A DNA stretch of 64,000 bases from an uncultured Myxococcales bacterium (lineage in GTDB: Bacteria > Myxococcota_A > UBA9042), in assembly GCA_903896545.1 (NCBI GenBank), contig CAITYF010000151.1, forward strand, positions 42,272 through 106,271, in the 5' to 3' direction. The translations under genes and the position numbers were made by a program. Within the stretch, counting starts at the first letter, position 1. Every line of letters begins with the position of its first letter. Below the pieces are notes generated by a model that was not told the DNA's origin, made no database searches, and saw only the letters and a program-made list of their open reading frames with translations. This document shows, piece after piece, positions 8,701 through 18,411 of this stretch.

Positions 8701-11700
8701 GCTGCTGTCCGCCGGCACCGATCTCGAAACCGCACGTCACGCGGTGGATTTGGCGACGGAAGCTGCGCCGAATTCGCCGGGCGTGCTGAATCTGCGCGAA
8801 CGCGTCTGCACCGAGCAAGCCGATTGGCCCGCCGTCGTCGCCACGCTGGAGCGCCTGGCTGAGTTGCAAAACGGCAATGAACGTCTCGACACGCTGCTGC
8901 GCGCTGCGAACCTGTGCGACCATGCGCTCACGGATCCCGCGACTGCCGCGCAATTGTACCGCCAAGTGCTGGAAGAGACGCCGGATGCCTTGGAAGCTTG
9001 GTATGGCCTTGCGGCGTCGCTGCGTAAAGCCGGAACGTTGGATGAACGGGCAGATGTGCTCGATTCTCTCTTGGCGCGCGACGATTTGAGCCGCGACTCA
9101 CGAGCCCGTTTGGCGCTGGAACGTGTCGAACTCGCGCACCAACGGACAGAGGCGGATCACGCAGCCCCGGCTTTTGCCGTGCTGGCGCGTTTGGCTGCGC
9201 TTCTGGAAGGCGACGCAACTGGTGTCCTCCCGCTGAACGATAGCGAGAATGGCCTCCTTGGCGTCGCGCTGACGCAACTGGACGACGAAGCCCACGCGGC
9301 ACAAACCGCGGAACTCTTGCTGCCGATCTTGCGCTCGCTGCGGAACGAGGACACGTCGGCGCAGCACGGACTGCTGCGGTGTCTGGACACGCTCGTCGCG
9401 ACACCGACGGCGACACCCGAAGCGCGCGAAGCGTGGCTGCGCGAAGCGGCTGATTGCGCGGTGAGTGACCCGAATCGCCGATACGCCGCGGTGCGAGCGC
9501 TTGTCGAACGCGCTCCGGACGTGCAGAACTTGGACGAACTCTCCGCGCTCGCCGCTGCCGCGGGTACGGACGCAGAATGCAATGCGTTGCTGACGACGAT
9601 TGCGACGGTGACGCAGGCGACTGAACTACGCACGCACGCCGCGCGTCTCCTCGCAAACCGGGGCAAGACCGCACGTGACACGGCACAGACAATTTCAGGC
9701 TGGACGCTGGCGCACGAGATCGAACCGGAGAATCCGGAACCGCTGGTGCAGTTGGCGGCGATGTATGCGGAAGTCGGCGATAACGACGGTTTGGCCTTTG
9801 CCCTCAGGCAGCAGACAACGCTTGGGGACGAGAACGCGCGCATTCAAGCGTGGACTCAACTGGCAACGTTGAAGCTCGATACGCAGCGGGATGCCCAAGG
9901 CGCGGCGATTGCGACGCAAGAAGCGCTCGCCCTGCACCCGAACGACGAACGCCTGTGGTCGCTGCACCTGCGTGCGCTTCGGGAGGCATCCGACGCGACC
10001 TCTCTCCTCAATGGGTTGCGGGCGCGACTCGGTCAGAGCGGCCTGTTGGAAGAAACCCGGCTGAGCTTGCAGCGCGAAATTGCCTGCCTCTATGACGATG
10101 CCGGCGACCACGCTGCCGCGCTGAGTGTGTGGCTCAAGCTCGCTTGCGACGATCCCAACGACGAAGATGCAACGGGACGGGCGACCGCGAACGTGTTGCA
10201 GCTGGCAACGGACGGCCTCTCTGATGACCTGGCAAGTGCGGCGCGCGCCCTGACGGACGTGCTCGATCTGCGCGGCGATCAGGAACGGCTGACTGCGGTG
10301 TTGAATTTGCGCCTCGCGCACGCGGTGGGAGAGGAGAGAGGTGCGCTCCTCGAACGTCTTGTCTCTCTGCGTGAGGAAGGCGATGACCCCGCTGGTGCCT
10401 TTGACGCCGCGGCGACGCTTTTTGTGACGCAGCCCGATGCGCCCAATGCCCTCGTGCGCTTGGCGCGCTTGGCCGAAGCTGCCGGGGTTCCGCGCGATCG
10501 TTTGGCTGCAACCTTGTTGTCGGGCATCGATGCCGCGACGCTGACCACGCGACAGGCGTTGCGCGAGGCGGCTTTGGGCGCGTTGGCTGACGACGAGTCG
10601 ACGTTGACCGTCCGCCGTGGCCTTGCTGAGGCCGCGTTAACGGACAGCCCGGACGACGCACTTTGGCTGCAGCGCGCTGACACGTGGGCGCACGATTCTG
10701 ACGACGATGGCGCTCGCCTTCATCTCCTTGCCCGTCGCGTTGCGTTGGCGGCCGACGACGCCACGCGTTTGGCGCTGCAACAGGAACGCGCACGCTTGGC
10801 GGACCGTTTGGGGGATCTCGCGGCGGCGCAAACGGCGTGGACGGACGTACTCCACCATGATGACCCAGATGCGCGACGGGAAGCCGCCGCATCGTTGGGC
10901 GACGTCAGCGAGCGTCTGGGCGACCACGCCACCGAGTCCAAAGCGTGGGTTGCGCTGCGTGCCGACACAGAAGACGCCGACGCACGCCTGGCCCTGAGCT
11001 TGAAGGCCGCGCATGCCGCACAAGTTGCAGGGAATCAAGCAGAGGCGCTGGCGATCCTGGAGACCGAGGCGCTCGACCATCCGCACGACACGACGCTCTA
11101 TCACGCGATCGCGGCGCTTCTGCCCGACGGAGAGAGGAAGACGCAGCATCTCGCGTTCGGTTGGCAGCAAATCCTCGCAGATGACTCCGAACGTCTGACG
11201 GCTGCCGACGCTTGGCTGTCCTCTCATGGAGACGACGACGCGGGAGCAGCATGGCAGCGTTTGACGCAGGTTCTGGATGTCGGCCTGAGGGGAGATGATC
11301 TCATCGCGCGCTTGGCACAGCTTGCCACTGCAAGCGATGATACAGTGGCCATTGCCGCTGGAACACGTCTGGCAAACCACGCGGCAACTGCACAGGACAT
11401 CCCCGCCGAAATCGCCGCACGACAAGCACTCCTCTCACGGCTGGATGGCCATGCGGCTCAAGCAGAGCGCCGCGTCCTTGCCGCGCTTCTGGAGCAGGCC
11501 GGGGAATACGACGACGCCTGCGCGCACCTGCGCGTTAGTCTCGCGGAGTCGTGGGATCGGAGCGTCGCGGAGCACGCGCTCGCGCTGGCGTCGCAGAGCG
11601 CGATCGCCGAGACAGTCGCGGAGGAAGTGGCCGTTGCTGCTGCTCAGGGCGTTGCGGTCGCGGATCTGACGGAGATTCAGGAGTTCACGGGAACGGCAGC

Positions 11701-14700
11701 GCTGGCCGAGGTTGCCGCACGGCACCTCCTGACCCGCTTGGAGCACACAGGCGAGGCGTCCGACCAAGCGGCGCTTTTGCACCTCCTCCTCGCGTTGGCA
11801 CACCAGCACGGTCTTTCGCAGTTGCGCGAGCACACCGTGGACGTCGTTTCGACGAACCCGCAGCTGGCAGCGATTCTGTCCCACGCACAGGGCGATCCCC
11901 TCGTGGCCCCTCTGCGTTTGCGCGCGGCGGAACAGGCGGTCCAAAACGCCGGTCCTGAGGGACGTACTGCGGCCACTCGCCAGCTCGCGGAGCTGCGCGC
12001 GTCGGTTGCAGGTGACGTCGTTGGCGCGCTCGAATTGCTGCTGCAGCGCGCGCCCGATAGCGATCCCCTCGCGGCGCTTCGCGACGCACAGTCGTTGGCT
12101 GCAGCGCATGGCCGTTTGGACTTGTGGCTGGACGCCGCCGAAAATCTGCTGATGGACGCCGACCTTGCCGGGGAGCAGCGCACCCAAGCAGCGACGCTCG
12201 CTGCAGAGGTCGCGGTCATTCAGGGCCTGCCGGCACGTGCCGCGGCACTTTGGCAGCTCGTCTGGGACGACGATCCCGATAGCGCCGTCGCCCGCGAGCA
12301 GGTGCTGAATCACAGCCGTCGGGCCGGCGATCCGGCGCCGCTCGCGACCGCCATCGAACGCGCGATGTTGCTGGGCGGTGACGTCGATCGCGGGGCTTTG
12401 CGCGTTGAACTGGCCGACCTGAAACGGCAACTCGGCAAGTCGCGAGAGGCGCTCCGCCTGCTACAGGACACTGTCGCCAGCGATCCGGACCGGCGCGATG
12501 TCATTCGCGTCGCCGAGGGATTGCTCCACGATCCACAGCTGCTCGATGAGACGCTCGAATTGTTGGAACGGCAGTATCGGCACCACGAGCAGTGGCCGCA
12601 GTTGGCGAGCGTGTTGCAACAGCGAATGGAAAGGACGCACCGGCCGACCTCCCGCGTGGTGTTGGCACAGGCCCTGGCGACCGTGCAACAGCAGCATGGC
12701 GACGTTGCGAGTGCGGTTGCTGCGCTCATGACGGCGCTGCGTGCAGCACCTTCGATGGACGGGCTGGCGGCCATCGAGCGCTTGTGTGACGCGCAGGCGC
12801 TTCCGGAAGCACTCGTGGAAGCCTACGCGCTGATGCAGAGCGAAGAACTGTCCTCCGAGCAGCGGGAAACCGTCCTGCGCCACGCGATCGCGTTTGATTT
12901 GGCACGCGGGGCGACGGACCACGCGGAAGCGGCGCTGATTGCCCTCATCCAACTGCGTCCAGAAGACGACACTGCGTTCGGCCAGTTGAGTGATCTACTT
13001 GGCTCCATCGACCGACGTGAAGACCTGATGGCGGCTTGGCAAGCGCGCATCGCAGCCACGCCGACTCCCGCACGTCGGCGCGAGGGATTGCGCGAGATCG
13101 CGGGGCTCGCCCGCGCCCTGGGCCACACGGATGTGGCGATCGACGCCGCGCAAACGTGGAGTGATCTCGACCCGGACGAGCCAGCGGCGCTCGAAGTCTG
13201 GGCTGATCTGCTGCGGGAGTTGGACCGCCCGGCTGAGCTTGCCGGCGTCCTTGTGCAGCTCGCACAAGTCACAGCTGAACCCGCCGATCGTGCGCGACTC
13301 CTCATTGAAACAGCACGTCAGCACGAACACTTGGGCGACATCGATGCGCAGCAGGCTTCCTATGAGGGGGCTTTTGACGCGGATCCGACCAACGATGAAT
13401 CGTTCGTTTTCCTGGAGCGCAAGGCGGGAGCCGACCCGGAGCGGCTCATTCCTCTCTTCTCTCGCCGCAGCGAGACGTTGGCTTCAGGCCCCTCACGCAC
13501 GTTGATGCTGCGCAAGCTCGCGAACGCGGCCGCGGAGTTGAACGATGGCACGACGGCCTGCCGGGCTCTGGAAACGGCCATCGCCGATGATCCGAGCAAC
13601 ACGGCGGTTCTCGATGAACTGCTGCGCATCGCCGAACAGCAACACGAGTGGGAAATCTGGCTGCAGACCGCACAGAAGCGTTTGGCGGTCGAAACCCGCA
13701 AGGAAGGCAAGGCGAATCTGCGGCGCCAGATGGCACGTGTGACGCTGACGGATCAGATTGACCCCGTTGCCGCGGCAGAGCACATCGCGGCGCTGGAGAA
13801 GTTGGCTCCTGACGACGCAAGCGTGGCGCAGTTCAAGACGATGTTGCAAGCACGCAGCGCGGATCCGCGGGAAGCGGCGGCGGGACTGGAAGCGCTGCTG
13901 AAGGACGCGACCGATACGGCGACGCAGACCTCTCTCCACCAGCAACTGGCGGACCTGTACGGCGGTCCACTGGACAATCCCGGCAAGGCGATTCGCGAGT
14001 TGGTACGCCTCGTTCAGTTGGATCCCCGGCGCTGGAGCGCGCGGCGCCGTTTGTGCGACCTCTACAAGGCTCGCGGGTCGATGGAAGCGTACGCGGAGTC
14101 GCTGCGGCAGTGGCTGCAGACGCTAGGGGATAGCCGCGATGCCAATACGCTGAGCCCGGAGCGTCTCGCGCAGTTGGGTGCGCTGCAGTTGGAACTGGGA
14201 GAGGCTCTCGCCGCCGTCGGGCAGGTCGCCGAAGCAGCCAACGTACTGAAAGACGCGTTGATTCTGAACGGCCATAGCGTGCGCCTCGATGGCATTCTGG
14301 CGCAGATGTTGGAAGCGACGAGCGACACGGCCGGTGCGGCGGAACTGGAAGACTGGCTGGTCGGCCACCACGCGCTTGGCGACAGGGAGCAGATGGCGAC
14401 CCACGCGCAGAAGGCCGCTCAATTGTGGGAACAGCTTGGCGACCATGCGAAGGCACGTGACGCGTGGCGGCGTGTGCTGGAAGTTCGTGTCGATGAACCC
14501 GTCGCGATGCTGGGGCAAGGCCGCGCGTGTCTGGACTTGGGCGACACAGACCGCGCGCTGCGGCTTTTTGACGCAGTGTCGCGCAACACCAAAGCGTCGC
14601 CCAAGCTGCGAGCGGACGCGCTTGTGGGTATGGGGCGCTGCCGGATGAGCCGCCTCGCGCTGGACCAGGCGCGCAACTGTTATGAGCGCGCTTTGCAGTT

Positions 14701-14746
14701 GGTGCCGGGTCACCGCGGCGCACTCGACGGGCTGTCTGAGTTGTAG
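5711..14746 (+). CDS. Giant (3011 aa) all-alpha TPR-like helical-repeat protein
   Basis: Single uninterrupted ORF, Ala/Leu/Asp/Arg/Glu-rich. Recurrent TPR-like units such as EAWYGLAASLRKAGTLDERADVLDSLL, and a C-terminal ARDAWRRVLEV...ALRLFDAVS...ARNCYERALQLVPGHRGALDGL. No Walker A motif, catalytic motif or transmembrane segment seen. GC3 is high in this frame. Confidence 0.85.
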   Translation: MQQPAGSAALPIEADIEKISAVLREDMTAAVLAEMAERLLQLSAAELHPRLRAALLDRAGSLCGHADPARALSLWLESFRLFPDPPVGRRLAVLAADDPNFARLNRLGHLVDAIAELAPPAQRPDDLAAAAQYHIQQGHGTSAQAALAKLAEIAPHHPQLLELSDVALQQAESRADALQTMRFELANASDDERARLLIGYADMLLHGDEPLNDAAAVLADAVDAGVSPAEIAPMWVEVARAMGDGPQLARALALAIGDESNPLRLQYADELTNLPDIERTEPLAAIAALRLLNAVMPDDVALQSRLAVTEAFAEGVGAEASLEALRLKAMQTRDRVLESAACLALAQIAQTTGDLEKAERHFRRVRSLSPQNPEALDFFEQWYRRAGDHRRLFAALTQRAAQSDGRVLVRIALEMAQLAEGPLAALDPTTATERAIEAYQRVLSVQPDHMDAIAALERLLTAGERWPELAALLARSAHVFAPRAVIDTSARDFAIAIWNRLAALNSDKTRLPDTDAALEARLRVLDLDPRNPDALQAVVATLESTNDWNAVRDMLLTAVEAAEDPHELASLSQQLGEVYRTHLNNPEEAATWLDRAAMSEPDRADARLQAQALWRARGDRDRLLDALMADLRSRWGRHPTEVTLQEALALTPESERETVGAILEEAAQLATTAAGSPFSPQTQSFLGALWSLLVALQPGHLHALDALHALWAQNNSGLLVDLLQTQAALPNLPASRKIAVLERLCPLLASAASNDPETAHAALTAADQLSGLVPDAMLARTTRLHALVALGDIAALRATYAHDDDGAAAFAESVAAVAEQKPLEARVGLLRSAADAIAATGQAGRATELLADALHTAEQMEASDVRQTTIVATAEALLTAARDAGFVGLERLAVETLATHAPVEDLPRYKKMRTALLVSAGLWSDATAAAADWIEELLANGDFADLAEAIAELNEAARRAGELDTVPHRLLAWAEVVPPENDGLALRVKLWLDAANQLLSAGTDLETARHAVDLATEAAPNSPGVLNLRERVCTEQADWPAVVATLERLAELQNGNERLDTLLRAANLCDHALTDPATAAQLYRQVLEETPDALEAWYGLAASLRKAGTLDERADVLDSLLARDDLSRDSRARLALERVELAHQRTEADHAAPAFAVLARLAALLEGDATGVLPLNDSENGLLGVALTQLDDEAHAAQTAELLLPILRSLRNEDTSAQHGLLRCLDTLVATPTATPEAREAWLREAADCAVSDPNRRYAAVRALVERAPDVQNLDELSALAAAAGTDAECNALLTTIATVTQATELRTHAARLLANRGKTARDTAQTISGWTLAHEIEPENPEPLVQLAAMYAEVGDNDGLAFALRQQTTLGDENARIQAWTQLATLKLDTQRDAQGAAIATQEALALHPNDERLWSLHLRALREASDATSLLNGLRARLGQSGLLEETRLSLQREIACLYDDAGDHAAALSVWLKLACDDPNDEDATGRATANVLQLATDGLSDDLASAARALTDVLDLRGDQERLTAVLNLRLAHAVGEERGALLERLVSLREEGDDPAGAFDAAATLFVTQPDAPNALVRLARLAEAAGVPRDRLAATLLSGIDAATLTTRQALREAALGALADDESTLTVRRGLAEAALTDSPDDALWLQRADTWAHDSDDDGARLHLLARRVALAADDATRLALQQERARLADRLGDLAAAQTAWTDVLHHDDPDARREAAASLGDVSERLGDHATESKAWVALRADTEDADARLALSLKAAHAAQVAGNQAEALAILETEALDHPHDTTLYHAIAALLPDGERKTQHLAFGWQQILADDSERLTAADAWLSSHGDDDAGAAWQRLTQVLDVGLRGDDLIARLAQLATASDDTVAIAAGTRLANHAATAQDIPAEIAARQALLSRLDGHAAQAERRVLAALLEQAGEYDDACAHLRVSLAESWDRSVAEHALALASQSAIAETVAEEVAVAAAQGVAVADLTEIQEFTGTAALAEVAARHLLTRLEHTGEASDQAALLHLLLALAHQHGLSQLREHTVDVVSTNPQLAAILSHAQGDPLVAPLRLRAAEQAVQNAGPEGRTAATRQLAELRASVAGDVVGALELLLQRAPDSDPLAALRDAQSLAAAHGRLDLWLDAAENLLMDADLAGEQRTQAATLAAEVAVIQGLPARAAALWQLVWDDDPDSAVAREQVLNHSRRAGDPAPLATAIERAMLLGGDVDRGALRVELADLKRQLGKSREALRLLQDTVASDPDRRDVIRVAEGLLHDPQLLDETLELLERQYRHHEQWPQLASVLQQRMERTHRPTSRVVLAQALATVQQQHGDVASAVAALMTALRAAPSMDGLAAIERLCDAQALPEALVEAYALMQSEELSSEQRETVLRHAIAFDLARGATDHAEAALIALIQLRPEDDTAFGQLSDLLGSIDRREDLMAAWQARIAATPTPARRREGLREIAGLARALGHTDVAIDAAQTWSDLDPDEPAALEVWADLLRELDRPAELAGVLVQLAQVTAEPADRARLLIETARQHEHLGDIDAQQASYEGAFDADPTNDESFVFLERKAGADPERLIPLFSRRSETLASGPSRTLMLRKLANAAAELNDGTTACRALETAIADDPSNTAVLDELLRIAEQQHEWEIWLQTAQKRLAVETRKEGKANLRRQMARVTLTDQIDPVAAAEHIAALEKLAPDDASVAQFKTMLQARSADPREAAAGLEALLKDATDTATQTSLHQQLADLYGGPLDNPGKAIRELVRLVQLDPRRWSARRRLCDLYKARGSMEAYAESLRQWLQTLGDSRDANTLSPERLAQLGALQLELGEALAAVGQVAEAANVLKDALILNGHSVRLDGILAQMLEATSDTAGAAELEDWLVGHHALGDREQMATHAQKAAQLWEQLGDHAKARDAWRRVLEVRVDEPVAMLGQGRACLDLGDTDRALRLFDAVSRNTKASPKLRADALVGMGRCRMSRLALDQARNCYERALQLVPGHRGALDGLSEL

Positions 14747-14776
14747 CCCGATTCCCATACAAAGGGGGAGATTCCC

Positions 14777-15856
14777 ATGACTGAGAGCTCGATCGCGCAA
14801 TTGCAGCGGCCGGTTCGTGTCGCCATCGTCGGCGCAACGGGCTACGGCGGCGCGGAACTCATCCGCCAACTCGCACCGCGAACGGACATTCGCTTGACGC
14901 GTTTGATCGCCAAGGACGGCATCGGCAAACGCGTTGGCGACATTCACCTCTCCTTGGCAGCCCTCAAGCTGCCGCACACAATCGAAGACGCGGAGCCTGA
15001 GGCCGTTGCGCCAGACGCGGACGTTGTCTTCGTCGGCCTTCCACACCGCGTCAGCGCGCAGGTGGGCGCCAAGTACGCCGATCTCGGCTGCGCGGTCATC
15101 GACCTATCGGGCGACTATCGCCTGCGCGACTTGGCGGCGTACGAGCAGTTCTACGAGGCCCAGCACCCGCACCCGGAACGTCTTGGGACTTTCGTTTATG
15201 GGCTCCCAGAATTCCAACGCAAGGCCATCGCACAGTCGCGACGTGTGGCAAGTCCGGGGTGCTTCGCAACGACCATCGCTCTGGCGCTCTGGCCGTTGGC
15301 GCGCGCCGGGTTCCTCTCTGGGCGTGTACAAGTTTCGGCGATGACGGGGTCGTCGGGGTCGGGCGCGAACGCGCAGCCGGGAACACACCACCCGCTGCGG
15401 GCGCAAACGCTGCGTCCGTACAAGCCGCTTGGCCACCAGCATGTCCCAGAGATCGTGCAGACGCTGACAGACGAGGGCGCGCACGACCTCTCACTCGAAT
15501 TCGTGCCGGTTTCCGCGCCGCTGGTTCGCGGAATCCTCGCGACCTGCTTTGTGCAAGTGCCTGCTGAGGTCGACAGTGCCCGCCTGAAGCAGCTTCTCCA
15601 TGACGCCTACGACAAGGAACCGCTGATTCGCGTGCTCGACGGTCGTCTGCCTGAAGTCAACGCCGTGGCCGGCAGCATGTTCGTGGAGATCGCGGGGACG
15701 GCTGGCGAGGCACGCGATGGCAAGCGAACAGTCGTGTTGCACGCGGCGCTCGACAATCTGATCAAAGGCGGGGCTGGGCAAGCTGTCCAGTCGCTCAATG
15801 TGATGCTCGGCATCGATGAGTTTACGGGGCTCCTGCAGCCCGCGCAGTGGCCTTGA
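14777..15856 (+). CDS. argC: N-acetyl-gamma-glutamyl-phosphate reductase
   Basis: VAIVGATGYGGAELIRQL NAD(P)-binding N-terminus, active-site region SPGCFATT, and C-terminal DNLIKGGAGQAVQ. Confidence 0.85.
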   Translation: MTESSIAQLQRPVRVAIVGATGYGGAELIRQLAPRTDIRLTRLIAKDGIGKRVGDIHLSLAALKLPHTIEDAEPEAVAPDADVVFVGLPHRVSAQVGAKYADLGCAVIDLSGDYRLRDLAAYEQFYEAQHPHPERLGTFVYGLPEFQRKAIAQSRRVASPGCFATTIALALWPLARAGFLSGRVQVSAMTGSSGSGANAQPGTHHPLRAQTLRPYKPLGHQHVPEIVQTLTDEGAHDLSLEFVPVSAPLVRGILATCFVQVPAEVDSARLKQLLHDAYDKEPLIRVLDGRLPEVNAVAGSMFVEIAGTAGEARDGKRTVVLHAALDNLIKGGAGQAVQSLNVMLGIDEFTGLLQPAQWP

Positions 15857-15859
15857 GGG

Positions 15860-16699
15860 GTGACGACCATGCGGACGATTCTCGTCAAGGTGGGAGGAGA
15901 GACGCTGTTGGCCGCCGATGACCGTGCGCGACTTGCAGCGGATCTACAGCAGGTCGTCTCGGCAGACAAGGATCGCCGCCTGTGCGTCGTCCATGGCGCG
16001 GGGCCGCAGATCACCAAGCTGGGGGAGCGGCTTGGCCTGACGTCAACCTTCCGGGCGGGTCGGCGCGTGACGGATGAACCTATGTTGGATGCCGTCGCGA
16101 TGGCGATGTGTGGTCAAGTGGGGCCTGCGCTGTTGGCGTCCTGTTTGGCCGCAGGCTTGCCAGCCGTTTCGACTCCGGCGGCGTCCGGCGGCGTGGCCGT
16201 GGGGCAAAAACGTCCGCCAATGCCCGTGCCTGGTGAGGCGGATCCCGTCGACTATGGCCTCGTAGCCGACCTCGCAAGCGTCGACGGTCGGCTGCTTGAA
16301 GCGCTGTGGACCGCAGGTTTTGTGCCGTTGCTCTCCTCTCTGGTCAGCGATGCGTCGGGACATCTCCTGAATTTGAACGCAGATAGCCTCGTCACGGGAC
16401 TCACGAAGCAGTTGGCGTTTACCGACGTCGTGCTGGTCACCGGCGTGCCGGGGGTGTTCCGCGATTTGGCCGATCCGACGACGCACGTCCCAGAGTTGTG
16501 TGCCGGTGACATCGATGAACTGATCGCAGCCGGCGCGGTTCAGGGCGGCATGATAGTGAAGTTACAAGAGGTGCAAAGCATCCTCTCACGCGGCGCGCAA
16601 ACGGTGTGGATCGTGGGGTTCCGCGAACCAAACGCGATCGCCGATGCCCTGGCCGGGAATCCGGGCACGCGGACTCGGGTGCGCGCCAATACACGCTGA
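15860..16699 (+). CDS. argB: Acetylglutamate kinase (amino-acid kinase family)
   Basis: ILVKVGG, VVHGAGPQI, NLNAD and GMIVKL motifs. The start is probably the ATG at 15869, which follows a GAGGGG ribosome-binding site. Confidence 0.8.
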   Translation: MTTMRTILVKVGGETLLAADDRARLAADLQQVVSADKDRRLCVVHGAGPQITKLGERLGLTSTFRAGRRVTDEPMLDAVAMAMCGQVGPALLASCLAAGLPAVSTPAASGGVAVGQKRPPMPVPGEADPVDYGLVADLASVDGRLLEALWTAGFVPLLSSLVSDASGHLLNLNADSLVTGLTKQLAFTDVVLVTGVPGVFRDLADPTTHVPELCAGDIDELIAAGAVQGGMIVKLQEVQSILSRGAQTVWIVGFREPNAIADALAGNPGTRTRVRANTR

Positions 16700-16828
16700 C
16701 CAAGGTTTGAGTTGAGTGGTTCTCGATCCGCGCCGTGCTACCGGAGGCGCTCGATCGCTGTACAAGTCCGAAGTGCAGCACGTCAACCCGACGCGCGTTG
16801 GCGTTGGGCTCCCATCAGCGGGGGTCGC

Positions 16829-18244
16829 CTACTTCCTGCTTTTGGCCGCCTTCGCTGCTGCTTGACGTTCCTTCTTCTTCGCGGTCCACCCCTCAATGTT
16901 CTTCTGCTCAGTGCGCGACACCGCGAGCGCTCCAGCAGGCACGTCCCGGATAATGGTGCTACCCGCGCCGACGTACACATCGTCGCCCAGCGTCACTGGC
17001 GCGACCAATTGCGTGTCCGAGCCAATGAAGACGCCGGCGCCCAGCGTGGTCTTGAACTTGTTCACGCCGTCGTAATTGCACGTAATGGTTCCCGCGCCGA
17101 TATTGCAGCCGGGGCCAATATCCGCATCACCCAAGTAACTCAAATGACTGGCCTTCGCGCCGACACCCAGTTTCGCCTTCTTGGTTTCAACAAAATTTCC
17201 GACTTTCACGTCCGCCGACAATTCGGTGCCGGGACGCAGGTGTGCGAACGGTCCGACGTGGGCGCCCGCACCGACCGTCGCTTCCGTCGCGACCGTGTAC
17301 GCCAGCAGGTGACCGTGCTCGGCCACGGTCACGTCGCGCAAGACGCAGCCGCGATCGATTCGCGCGCCGGCGGCGATCCGCGTCGCGCCTCGCAATTCGA
17401 CCGACGCGCCAAGACTCACATCAGGTTCAATGCGCACCGTCGTCTCAATCCAAGCCGTCTCCGGCTCATCCATCGCCACGCCGGTCATCATCCACGCGTG
17501 ATTGACGCGTTTGCGCAGCACAGCCGTCGCCGCCGCCAATTCCGCGCGGTTGTTCACCCCCTGGATCTCGCTCGCGTCGCCGGCGAAGGTCGCAATCCCC
17601 GCCTTCCCCGACTCCGCCGCCATCCCGACCAGGTCCGTCAAGTACAGCTCCCCCTGCGCGTTATTCGGCGTGAGGCGCTGGAGAGAGGTCTTCAGAAAGT
17701 CCGCGCGCACGGCCATCATTCCAGCGTTGACTGCGTTGATTTGGCGCTCTGCATCGCTCGCGTCCTTGTGTTCGACGACGCGGGCGATCTCCGCGCCATT
17801 CAGCACCACCCGGCCGTAGCCCGTCGGATCCGGGACGCGCGCCACGAGCAGCGACAGCGGGCGATCGCCGCGATCACGCAACAACGCGTGCAGCGTCTCG
17901 ACGCGCAAGAGCGGCACATCCCCGTAGAGAATCAGCACTTCATCGGCGTGGTCCCAGCCAGGCTGCGCGCACAACATGGCATGTCCCGTACCGTTCGGGT
18001 TCACCTGTTCGAGACACGTCATGGGCACGGTGTTGTGCCGCGCCGCGATCCACGCTTCCACCTGTTCGCGCCCGTGCCCCGTCACAACCACGATCCGCGC
18101 TGGCTGCAACGCTTCGGCCGCTCGGAGCACGTGACCCAGCATCGGCTCGCCCAAAACCGGGTGCAAGACCTTGGGCAATCTGGACGCCATCCGCTTGCCG
18201 AGACCCGCGGCCAGAATAACTACTGTCAAGTTTGTCTGCGTCAT
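16829..18244 (-). CDS. glmU: Bifunctional UDP-N-acetylglucosamine pyrophosphorylase / glucosamine-1-phosphate N-acetyltransferase
   Basis: N-terminal VVILAAGLGKRM nucleotidyltransferase motif and C-terminal left-handed beta-helix hexapeptide repeats (IGPGCNIGAGTITCNYDG). Start at M28 of the ORF. Confidence 0.85.
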   Translation of the reverse strand: MTQTNLTVVILAAGLGKRMASRLPKVLHPVLGEPMLGHVLRAAEALQPARIVVVTGHGREQVEAWIAARHNTVPMTCLEQVNPNGTGHAMLCAQPGWDHADEVLILYGDVPLLRVETLHALLRDRGDRPLSLLVARVPDPTGYGRVVLNGAEIARVVEHKDASDAERQINAVNAGMMAVRADFLKTSLQRLTPNNAQGELYLTDLVGMAAESGKAGIATFAGDASEIQGVNNRAELAAATAVLRKRVNHAWMMTGVAMDEPETAWIETTVRIEPDVSLGASVELRGATRIAAGARIDRGCVLRDVTVAEHGHLLAYTVATEATVGAGAHVGPFAHLRPGTELSADVKVGNFVETKKAKLGVGAKASHLSYLGDADIGPGCNIGAGTITCNYDGVNKFKTTLGAGVFIGSDTQLVAPVTLGDDVYVGAGSTIIRDVPAGALAVSRTEQKNIEGWTAKKKERQAAAKAAKSRK

Positions 18245-18411
18245 GTGCCGTCTCCACGCGTGCGCGCTGCCCGCATACGTAGCCTCAAGCCCGATTGTTT
18301 GCAAGTTGTCACGGCGGTGTCGCAACGCGCCATTTGGCGTTGTCAGCGGCCTTTACACAGGCTAGGCTGCGGTATCTGCCGGTAGCGATATCCACGGCAG
18401 CGGAGGTTTCG

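Noticed and set aside
14777-16699. Possibility that argC-argB are LysY/LysZ of a LysW amino-group-carrier pathway
   Set aside because: No lysW or lysX (RimK-like) genes nearby. The simplest reading is ordinary arginine biosynthesis, and no further claim is made.
16712-18385. 557-aa plus-strand ORF
   Set aside because: Antisense to glmU. Composition is Arg-rich with no domain signal.
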